Shown: piece after piece, positions 57,901 through 64,000 of the stretch
Position numbering within the stretch: position 1 is the stretch's first letter
Layout: every line of letters begins with the position of its first letter
IMG/VR virus record: IMGVR_UViG_3300050014_000823
Coordinates: 124,001-188,000 of that record
Reading direction: 5' to 3' (one strand)
DNA: 64,000 nt
The notes under the pieces: model-generated
Database searches by the model: none
The model's input: only the letters and a program-made list of their open reading frames with translations
What the model was told of the DNA's origin: nothing
Position numbers and translations under genes: made by a program

Positions 57901-60028
57901 GGTCAAGAACATCGCCATAGTTTGCACCCATTATTTTTTCAAACGCAAATTTCATTCTTTCAACTCTTGCAATAAAATCAGCCTTATCTGTTCTTAACTT
58001 CTCTAAGATTATCACATAAAGGTCATATCTCGTTTCGCCCGACAATGTATTAGACTTAATTGAGTAGACCTTATATGGTTGAGCAATGTATTCTAATGGT
58101 TTACCAATAAGTTCAAGATTTTCATTTGCTTCGCTTTGGTCCTTAGTAACCTTTAATACTAAATTGTTTCCTATATCATATGCATAGCCAAATACACCAT
58201 CACCAAGAGGTTTTGGCTGACCATATCCAAACTTCTGTGCTACACTATTCGCCACTTTATTAGCGACTTCTCTCGGAAATCCTGTAGGTTCTTCATTCAG
58301 TACTTCTTCACCTTCGGGTAAAGAAATTCGGTTTTCTGGTGGTAAATCCGGTACAACTACACCCATGCATCCACCTATGTCATAGTATGTTAAAATACCG
58401 TTCTTATATCCCAAATTACTGAGAGTCATATAATCGTCTGACTTAATCATCAGTGCAAGTAATTCTCTTTTAATGTCATAGAGTCCCAACATAAAACGAT
58501 ATGCCTTTTCTCTATCGCCTGCAGCAATATTAGCATCGGGATTTGCCGTTAAAATTAGTTTAGCTAATTCTGGAAAATCGTTAAATGTTTTTCCAAAAAA
58601 TTCCGTATCTTCTTTCTTAGGTTTACCTTTGATTAAAATTCTCAATAACCTACCGTATAAGTCTTCACCGAGCGAATTAATTATTTCAGTGTATCTTTCA
58701 AATTCCTGATGTGGTTTATCAACAATATTGTCTTCGATAAGCGCATAAACTGCTTTGTTTTGTTCGGTGTCAGTTACCTTATACACATTGTAAACCATTG
58801 CAAGTGTTTTAGGCTTACCCCTGCTAATTTTTAAACCAGCATCGACCTCACATGCATCAGTAGTAATTTTTAAAACCCTGTTGTTATTAACCTCATAAGC
58901 ATATCCATATCCACCACCACCAAGATATTTAATAGCACCAAGATTTAACTTCTGTGCAACCGCATTAGCAAGAGTATCAGAATATTCTCTTGGTAATTGC
59001 ATTGCTGCAACTTTTGGACTACTCTCATTTATTTCTACAGTTTCTTCCTCAAGTGGTTCTCTATCATAGAATTTACCTCTGATAAGATAGTCTTGAAGTT
59101 CCAATAAGTTACTATAAAATTTCTTTTTCTCAGGTACGTGTTCAAGTACTTCTTTAAGGTTGTTTACTACATCATGAAATTCATCGACAATATATGGAGC
59201 ACTTGGAAGTTTTGATGTTGGATATTTGTCTCTGTTGAGTACAAATGAAATAAAATCTTCATTAATTACGCCAGGTCCGTCACCTACACCGTAAGGCATA
59301 AGTCCCCACATAGCTTGTCGGGTATCAACGGCATCTTGTGGTGGTAAATCACCAAGCATATCGTCATTACCATCGGCAAAGTTATAAAGTTCATACATTT
59401 GATACTTTTGGTTTTTGCCACTATAATGAGTATCTACAACTTCATCATTTAACCCATAGTCGGTTAAAACTATTGCAGGTTTACCGTTACGCAGTACTTC
59501 TCCAAAGGTACTTGGTCTACCCATATCGCCTGAGTTTTGAGCATAGCTTGCAACAAAATCGGCTAATGAAAATGCAAATTCGTTTTTATTCCAAAAAAAT
59601 TCTTCAAGTTCGGGTGATTGTGGAAATATTTTCTTATGCCCCTTACTTAATTCTTCGGCATTCTTAAGAAACTCTTTTAAATCATTCAAACTTGGAATAC
59701 CTGTTACTTGTTTAATACGTGCTTCATTGACTTTCTTAGCCTTTTCTGCTATCAACCAAGTATCGTCATCCATAGAATCAATAACCTTTGCAAGTATATG
59801 ATGATTGCTTTCAAAATATCCTGCACCTGTCTCTGCTTCGTTTTGACCAACACCTTTGGGGTTTTTCGCAAGTTTTAATACCTTTTCACCATCAATGTCA
59901 TAAACGATTCGACCACTACCACTACCAATTCTCGGTAAGTATTGATTTGCGTACTTTATTTTTCCATTAAATGATTTAATTTTAAGGAATTCTGGTAAGA
60001 AATTCGTTTTGAATTCAGCGTATGTCAT
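51962..60028 (-). CDS. 2688-aa multi-enzyme polyprotein: 3 kinase-like domains, GNAT, ART-like, HExxE domain, 3 copies of an unknown domain, CCA-adding enzyme, 2 2H phosphoesterases
   Basis: Kinase GxGxxG/VLK/DxG x3; GNAT FRGKGYA; CCA motifs GGAVRD..DLD, RRDFTINA, DPLRMLR; 2H motif pairs HTT/HIT and HMT/HIT; late motif at 60049-60057. Confidence 0.85.
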   Translation of the reverse strand: MTYAEFKTNFLPEFLKIKSFNGKIKYANQYLPRIGSGSGRIVYDIDGEKVLKLAKNPKGVGQNEAETGAGYFESNHHILAKVIDSMDDDTWLIAEKAKKVNEARIKQVTGIPSLNDLKEFLKNAEELSKGHKKIFPQSPELEEFFWNKNEFAFSLADFVASYAQNSGDMGRPSTFGEVLRNGKPAIVLTDYGLNDEVVDTHYSGKNQKYQMYELYNFADGNDDMLGDLPPQDAVDTRQAMWGLMPYGVGDGPGVINEDFISFVLNRDKYPTSKLPSAPYIVDEFHDVVNNLKEVLEHVPEKKKFYSNLLELQDYLIRGKFYDREPLEEETVEINESSPKVAAMQLPREYSDTLANAVAQKLNLGAIKYLGGGGYGYAYEVNNNRVLKITTDACEVDAGLKISRGKPKTLAMVYNVYKVTDTEQNKAVYALIEDNIVDKPHQEFERYTEIINSLGEDLYGRLLRILIKGKPKKEDTEFFGKTFNDFPELAKLILTANPDANIAAGDREKAYRFMLGLYDIKRELLALMIKSDDYMTLSNLGYKNGILTYYDIGGCMGVVVPDLPPENRISLPEGEEVLNEEPTGFPREVANKVANSVAQKFGYGQPKPLGDGVFGYAYDIGNNLVLKVTKDQSEANENLELIGKPLEYIAQPYKVYSIKSNTLSGETRYDLYVIILEKLRTDKADFIARVERMKFAFEKIMGANYGDVLDHFIHNRFGDDNVDEDKVQKYFARNPQDREFFDKILKIGEEVKKYGLESTDYTNPNNLGYKPNGNLGFFDVGFGNYFFKSNNMPEPVQVDEDGSALYSTDNSFGQDNFPTYNNMDTSPSISNDLNANSEVNEDLEYNHVVGDATQDEFQITERVQSFQSGSKTVDVKKKCRLGGNGDGTSTACNQGDIGNLTFGSIKESVNLNLPNNLSGYDSLKITDDGQVVGEVGIMDRGVQGQNHYIAIDKIFINKEFRGKGYANDAMKLIFDYADRNKLIVTLTPDSMWGASKSKLTAWYKSLGFIMNKGRNKDFQTMQLMYRLPNTAINEVVTSGGEKYYRAVEKYMGETIEFEPEGYYEAIDDDGNPIYKYDTFWVSETPEIAASKSVGGALMGLYSMFMQHGKNPGVFYVYEINEKPDADISHWEIGDFTYLKEVRFRRAVQGHYIGKVDITDDFKKRMNAFYEINGLEAYDEPDEETSEIFQDTDYEQYLDKMKNTIHEEEFPVSEPQIEKDNTTHELDKKLIRTYNDGIDVNPVYAVNGDEVRDSGFIEWVEGGNHWVDYDLPKSQQKYAKHIPADELWVDDVHLTKPNDFEGILLHERVESYLIKHYGYTYDNAHDIANKVELLFRKRTESISEEGESERISSLMYTAFKKNFKPTGGKKYQMEGVADKYAEKAFNIPDPHAEQDVQAQGEIEKNTNEPVGEVVDTIGRVSQIYKNPKSLERFQRDVRAIADTDGNLYVAQADYSFTHGNIAKALGLFTIDARIYSELDKYQLLNRVDLTNNFGLGDISSRYINSNAHNYDNAIDILKATKRRNPQYEFYEEYYTFIEGEPVSVDEGVADVAAEKMFNVPNPDAEFNDRFNREQDSEDIVYNNPENGLVIIKNPKSWKNIWGDVRGVVDKEGNLYTEQKSVVIHFELLYTLNSLGVIENEEHWDKTPPTNFLTVQRYKRDNIILVGESNAPLYPEEKRNFHSSYWETVPKREEALPYYEKFLSLAKEKNPTMEFIAESIRFYGDNALEESVMNEAEIMSLQDLPFKQEVEQLGGKIYSVGGAVRDEFLGKQSKDLDVLITGVPFEELEQLLGKYGRVDAVGKSFGVLKFKPKGATDDIDIAIPRTETATGEGGHQGFDVKSDHALPIEKDLERRDFTINAIAKDSEGNIVDPFGGQEDLKNKIIRIVNPQAFSDDPLRMLRAVQFASRFGFTIEPQTMQMIKENAQRVKEIAPERILTEFDKIIKKGNVKMGADLLVNTGLYEQIFGGQPKQISDRIADVKTMGEFIYLLAVGTVQSPSEFYKNNLKGDIPTYKEIKALELAFTLPDITHDVLDRSIAHNMYLLSPQALQSQIIPMGLQKASEEFQQGKYPKTVNELAVNGNDLSQLGLQGKAIGDMQKSLLLKVYADKVRNNREDLLALAKQNGEMIKEEVKPTDKIEYGCLMLFLDVPIWTKITSIISPDDVYDEPGYGIETEPHTTILYGFHDEVTSEDCFSLFEKNMPIEPIKIGIKGISFFTGNPKFDVVKFDVESPELTKLNEIMKALPHTSAFPDYHPHITIAYVKPGEGQKYIKPFEKNRMLNGTELVYTWKGHKGNDGDKLMLDGSVDESIADKAAERMFNMPNQSAEQDVIARGAVQAQEEEPVAMVRDRNGKKSPIYENPKSLRNIGPGVRGIIDQEGNLFLAQKDGYFNHGNIGRALGFIEGDTEAMYNYLTEWMLVNRIGSTNDFGLADSSYDFAADEYDYDNIKIVNDFLRAAKRRNPQYNFYPEYYENVKGEPITLNEYSYPETGQEKPTWNVNGQQVDINFFTDKYYEWNQGGYESASDKSVLEFLQNNYEDFSHDEKLKHDLYHKLVDNEVLDEDMNKNVKYTAVVLDDKSRTALLKRLGNMIPEGWETIAHHMTMNLGPIAPEYLKFLGMTIVMEATEFSMDDMVMAVGVVVDKYLTKNKKPHITIAVNRAQGGKPMMSNQLSMWVNLSEPLILTGKVTEVE

Positions 60029-60069
60029 GCCAACATTATTAAGTTATTAATAAATACAAACTTGATTAT

Positions 60070-60097
60070 AAAAAGAAAGGACATCTTACTGTCCTTT
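60070..60097 (-). terminator. Rho-independent terminator
   Basis: Stem AAAGGACA/TGTCCTTT overlapping the 60086 stop. Confidence 0.65.
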
Positions 60098-60898
60098 ATT
60101 TTTGTTTTTGTTTTGTAATTCTCGTATGGTTTCGTAAACCACCGATTTTATCATTTCCTTATTCTCTGTAAGCACTTCTTTGATTCTTTCAACAGCATAC
60201 ATTTCAAGTATGGTTGACTTAATGGCTTCCTCCACAATCGGACCGAAGTTTTCCATGAGATAGTTATTCACTGTTCTCTTTACACTCTCAGTTAAATAAC
60301 CCTCATTAATCATTGGCATACCATTGTTTCCGAATGACACTGCAGGTGGATTTAATAGACTTCCATCAGGATTAACGGGTTGTCCCTTGGCATTGTATAG
60401 CTGATTTGCAGCCATTGCTCTATTGTTATTAAAACCTTCGATAGATTCAGCAAGAGTTCCATTATTACCTGCCACACCAACACTTCTGAATTTTCTTTGA
60501 AAATCACTGAAGATTGCATCGTCTCTTTCTGGTCCCATTCCCATATCGGCTTCATTAATTCTTCCCGGCTGAACATACTGTGGGGGTTGATTGTGTTGCG
60601 GTGCTGCAGGAGCAACATAATTTGTAGAATTTTTTAATTCCTTAATTTTATTTATCGCTTCAGGTGTTACGACACCACTTTTAACTGCGCCACTAATAAT
60701 GTCTGCCCTTTCATTCATTGTCTTTATATTGTTCACAACAGGAGTATTCTGACCTGTATGAAGTGATGTAAGCAAGCTATTTAGGAATACATCTTTTGCA
60801 GGTATTGTAGTACCTTGCATTGTTTCACCAAGAATGCCTTTTTCCTTTTTGCGGGTATCTATCTCAGTTCTGAGTTTATTTAAATCGGGTTTTGCCAT
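60086..60898 (-). CDS. Hypothetical late protein
   Basis: Late motif at 60933-60941; RINE and MINE motifs; helical C-terminus. Confidence 0.6.
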   Translation of the reverse strand: MAKPDLNKLRTEIDTRKKEKGILGETMQGTTIPAKDVFLNSLLTSLHTGQNTPVVNNIKTMNERADIISGAVKSGVVTPEAINKIKELKNSTNYVAPAAPQHNQPPQYVQPGRINEADMGMGPERDDAIFSDFQRKFRSVGVAGNNGTLAESIEGFNNNRAMAANQLYNAKGQPVNPDGSLLNPPAVSFGNNGMPMINEGYLTESVKRTVNNYLMENFGPIVEEAIKSTILEMYAVERIKEVLTENKEMIKSVVYETIRELQNKNKNKGQ

Positions 60899-60945
60899 TA
60901 TCTTAAAATTATAAAATTTTATTATTTTTTATAATAAATACGTGG

Positions 60946-61836
60946 TTATTTGAAAAAAGTCGGTTTATTTAGATTTTCTTGTGCAATATTTGTTCTATTT
61001 AATTCATTCACTGCATCACTTTCGGCATTTTTAAAAAATCCGACATCGGTTTGCTTCTGACTTGGCTGAACTAATTTCACGTATAAGTCTTTAAGATTTC
61101 CAACAACTGAATTAGGGTCAATGCTTTGTAACTGATTCTCTGTTTTCAATACCATATCGCCATTCTCTGTACTAACCACCCAATATTTTGCTCTTGAACC
61201 ACCTGCTCTCATCTGATTTACCATACCCCACAGATGTTTAACTTCATCGGCAGTAATATCTCTTTGTTTTTTAGCAACATTTGAGAAATTTCTGAACTTA
61301 TTCTTTTGTCCTGCAAATGCAGATGGTTGTGGTTCGGGAAGTTTTTGTGCAGTAGTATTACCCACAACATTTGTTTGTGGTTCACCGCTATCTATTTGTA
61401 CTGCAGCCACAATGCCCGTCATTTGGGAATCATTGGGGTTATATCCTTCGGGAAATTTATCTTTGTTTGTACTGAAAATTTCACCTGTCGGTAAAAAGGA
61501 TGTAATTTTATCTACTCTGAATAATCTCCATCCGGGTTTAGCCTTTCCCTTTTGATTATAATATACTTTCCTACTGTCGGTGTTACCTGCTTCCTGCCAT
61601 GCACGAAGTAACATATATCCACCTTCCGCTTGTGCTTTCTGTGATTTACTATGACCCAATACCATTGGCATTATTGTTCGATAACCTTTCATAATGGTGT
61701 CATCACCAGCATAATATATGTGAACATACTTATGCTTATTAATAGCATCGGCAATAGTACCCTCTCCAACACCTTCATTTAAAAGTTGCCTGAAGTGAGT
61801 CAGGGTTTCCAAGAATATTTTAGCCTCACTTAACAT
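60946..61836 (-). CDS. WYL-like domain protein
   Basis: VHIYY.G......R.I.P..LG......LLRAWQ......GWRLFRVDKI pattern. Confidence 0.65.
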   Translation of the reverse strand: MLSEAKIFLETLTHFRQLLNEGVGEGTIADAINKHKYVHIYYAGDDTIMKGYRTIMPMVLGHSKSQKAQAEGGYMLLRAWQEAGNTDSRKVYYNQKGKAKPGWRLFRVDKITSFLPTGEIFSTNKDKFPEGYNPNDSQMTGIVAAVQIDSGEPQTNVVGNTTAQKLPEPQPSAFAGQKNKFRNFSNVAKKQRDITADEVKHLWGMVNQMRAGGSRAKYWVVSTENGDMVLKTENQLQSIDPNSVVGNLKDLYVKLVQPSQKQTDVGFFKNAESDAVNELNRTNIAQENLNKPTFFK

Positions 61837-61837
61837 C

Positions 61838-62077
61838 TTATGCTGTTCCTGCGTTGTACTCTCTGTTACGGTTGAATTTGTTTTTAGCTATTAAAGTTTT
61901 TCTTACTTTAATGTCAGTTGCACCGCCAACCTCACCATTTACTTCGCCCTTACCTTGCTCGTCACCAGTTGACAAAGCATCTGGGTTTCCTGCATTATAT
62001 GGGTCGTTGTTATCATAGTCGTTTTTAGCAACTAAGTTTTTTCTGAATGGTACGCTGATATCTTCTAATCTGCTCAT
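61838..62077 (-). CDS. Small hypothetical protein
   Basis: Late motif at 62108-62116. Confidence 0.6.
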   Translation of the reverse strand: MSRLEDISVPFRKNLVAKNDYDNNDPYNAGNPDALSTGDEQGKGEVNGEVGGATDIKVRKTLIAKNKFNRNREYNAGTA

Positions 62078-62118
62078 TTTATTTTGTTTTATATCTCAAT
62101 TATTTACTATAAATACAA

Positions 62119-62904
62119 TTAATCGTACTTTTTAAACGATAATGTTATGTATTCAATCAAATTTGGTACAATGTCCAGGTAATGCATTTCATCCACATCA
62201 TACCAACCATAGTTTGTGTTTTCGGCATTATCTAACTCAATTTCAGTTGGGTCGCCCTCATATCGACAAGCAAAAACTGTTTCAATGCTCTCAGGATTCC
62301 TTTGTATTGTGAAGGTCCTGACAAACTTATTAATTTCCAACCCAATTTCTTCAAGTATCTCTCTCTCAATAGCACGCTGTGGAGTTTCACCCTTCTCAAT
62401 AGCACCACCAACCAATGCCCATTTCTCCGGCATCCAAGGTGCTTCTTTGCCTCTTTTCAACAGTAAAATCTTATTGTCGTTATTTACAATAACTGCAACG
62501 GCATTTTTTTGTTTTTCTTCTTTCTTCTCTTTCTTTTCTTCATTCAGTGTTGGCATGGGACTATTCGGCATTAATTCTGAATTAGGATTTGATGTCATAT
62601 CCTGCTTGGTTTCTTTTGACCTTGCCACACCTGCTCTATCTTGTGCTAATGAAGTTTCAATAAACTGTCTCATTGCTTCCCCACCAGCAAGGGCATATTG
62701 TGTTTTATCATCAGTCTGTGGATTAAAATAATCAAAGAAGTTTTTAAGTCTTTTCATTGCTTGATATGTTAAATTACCGTTCTTAAGAATGAAATTAGCA
62801 CGTTTAAGACCATTTTCATTCGAAGTGGATGCTTTAGCCACCGCAATACCATTAAGTACATTTGAGGGTATCCTATATGTCTTATCTTTGAGATATTGGT
62901 TCAT
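62119..62904 (-). CDS. NUDIX hydrolase fused to an N-terminal helical domain
   Basis: Nudix box GGAIEKGETPQRAIEREILEEIGL; TLNEE linker. Confidence 0.85.
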   Translation of the reverse strand: MNQYLKDKTYRIPSNVLNGIAVAKASTSNENGLKRANFILKNGNLTYQAMKRLKNFFDYFNPQTDDKTQYALAGGEAMRQFIETSLAQDRAGVARSKETKQDMTSNPNSELMPNSPMPTLNEEKKEKKEEKQKNAVAVIVNNDNKILLLKRGKEAPWMPEKWALVGGAIEKGETPQRAIEREILEEIGLEINKFVRTFTIQRNPESIETVFACRYEGDPTEIELDNAENTNYGWYDVDEMHYLDIVPNLIEYITLSFKKYD

Positions 62905-63601
62905 ATGCTTCTAAGATTTTGTTTATTCTGTTGATTTGGTCAAACTTTATTCTCAATAGAAAGTAGTTGTTTGATTCTGCAAAAGTATTTTTTATTTCAT
63001 CGTTAATTTTCTGGATTCTAAACTTATCAAGTCCACCGAAATGGTTATTAGCTATAAAGTGTTGTGCACCATCAAACTCTATTAATACGTTGTTCTCTGG
63101 AAGAAAAAAATCGAATGCAAGTTTATTTATATTTTTACAGTCATTAAATTTTTTCTCTCTTTCAAAAGCAATTGAATTATTTATTAAATATTTTGCAATC
63201 TCTCTTTCTCCGATAGATTCTGTACAACTGGGACAACCACATCCTTTTAAATGAGTATTTGGTTTTTGATTAAATTTTCCATGAATCGGACATAATATTT
63301 CTACATAAATATGTGCTGTTATATAGTTAACATTAGAATAATCATATCTATCTCCGTGAATTTCTTTTGCTTTAGTAATAAAATAATCAGTATTTTTTCT
63401 TAATTTCATTTTACCACACAATGGACAACCACAACCCTCTAAATGAGTATTTACTCGCTGTATGAATTCGCCATGTGTGGGACATGATATGATAATATTA
63501 TCGTGTGTATGTTTAAAATCAACCAAATCATACTCATAATAATTATTGTGCACAGCATTTGCTTTAGCAATAAACGCATCTATAGTTAATATCCTTGCCA
63601 T
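62882..63601 (-). CDS. Free-standing endonuclease (DUF723-like repeats plus Vsr-like domain), copy 3
   Basis: Same repeats and FDFFLPENNVLIEFDGAQH core; overlaps both neighbours. Confidence 0.75.
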   Translation of the reverse strand: MARILTIDAFIAKANAVHNNYYEYDLVDFKHTHDNIIISCPTHGEFIQRVNTHLEGCGCPLCGKMKLRKNTDYFITKAKEIHGDRYDYSNVNYITAHIYVEILCPIHGKFNQKPNTHLKGCGCPSCTESIGEREIAKYLINNSIAFEREKKFNDCKNINKLAFDFFLPENNVLIEFDGAQHFIANNHFGGLDKFRIQKINDEIKNTFAESNNYFLLRIKFDQINRINKILEAYEPISQR

Positions 63602-64000
63602 TACTTTGCTTCGAGTAGATTTTTCAGTTTATCTTTAGATTCTTTATCAAGTTTGTCAATCAGGTCAGCAATTTTTTCAAGTTTCTTGTCGCCAATTTCT
63701 TTATCCTTGCTTTTACTTGCCATTTCATCTTCACTACGTTTCTCGATAACCCTATCTTCAACAACCGTAGCCTCATCAAGATTTTCAGGTTCTTTAAATG
63801 CATCTTCAAAGTGTTTTTCAACTACCTTAACAATTTTTCTTGCCCATTGGTCATCGAATTTCTGACATTCCTCAGTATGTTGACCCTCAGATGATTTTCT
63901 ATAATCTGGCTTTAATTTATTTGGATTTCTGTAGTAATGACCTAAAATATCAATAAATCTTTCGTGCATAAGTTGTGACAGGTCACGGAGTAATGCTTTT
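63601..64000 (-). CDS. Hypothetical protein (5' end probably outside the window)
   Basis: The frame stays open from the ATG at 63969 to the window edge (KALLRDLSQL-MHERF). Confidence 0.55.
   Translation of the reverse strand, partial: KALLRDLSQLMHERFIDILGHYYRNPNKLKPDYRKSSEGQHTEECQKFDDQWARKIVKVVEKHFEDAFKEPENLDEATVVEDRVIEKRSEDEMASKSKDKEIGDKKLEKIADLIDKLDKESKDKLKNLLEAK

Noticed and set aside
506-62116. Canonical T4 late promoters TATAAATA driving plus-strand transcription
   Set aside because: The TATAAATA reading lies on the antisense strand of the adjacent genes and flips with gene orientation, so the functional sense is TATTTAT.
1-64000. Stop-codon reassignment (as in some Bacteroidota megaphages)
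   Set aside because: Standard-code ORFs tile the window densely, multi-kb genes are intact, and TAG ends plausible genes (tnpB, 39015..41867).
1-64000. tRNA, rRNA or large structured ncRNA genes
   Set aside because: Intergenic gaps are all under about 150 bp, AT-rich and explained by terminators and promoters. No cloverleaf was seen by eye, and tRNAscan was not run.

Overview
This 64 kb window is AT-rich, densely coded and almost entirely minus-strand. It reads as part of a large tailed (myovirus/jumbo-like) phage genome, not a cellular chromosome. The host is probably Bacteroidota: TAnnTTTG promoter elements sit upstream of replication-type genes, there are no obvious Shine-Dalgarno sites, and FN3-like and BACON-like domains are present. 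Content: (i) baseplate and tail genes carrying FN3-like repeats, Thr stalks and Cys-rich modules; (ii) lysis-related genes; (iii) replication/repair genes (primase, Mre11-Rad50 fusion, RuvC-like resolvase, dCMP deaminase) and an ECF sigma factor; (iv) about seven free-standing endonucleases; (v) an IS607-like TnpB element splitting hsp20; (vi) two glycosyltransferases, one fused to a radical SAM domain. A strand-specific TATTTAT motif marks putative late genes. The standout is a 2688-aa multi-enzyme polyprotein with three kinase-like domains, a GNAT, an ART-like domain, a CCA-adding enzyme, two 2H phosphoesterases and a thrice-repeated unknown domain. Its junctions carry [ILVM]-x-E motifs resembling prohead-protease sites, and an RNA-repair-type HAD gene lies just downstream. 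I infer a virion-packaged anti-defence and tRNA-repair payload. All family assignments come from motif recognition by eye; no database searches were run, and domain boundaries are approximate.
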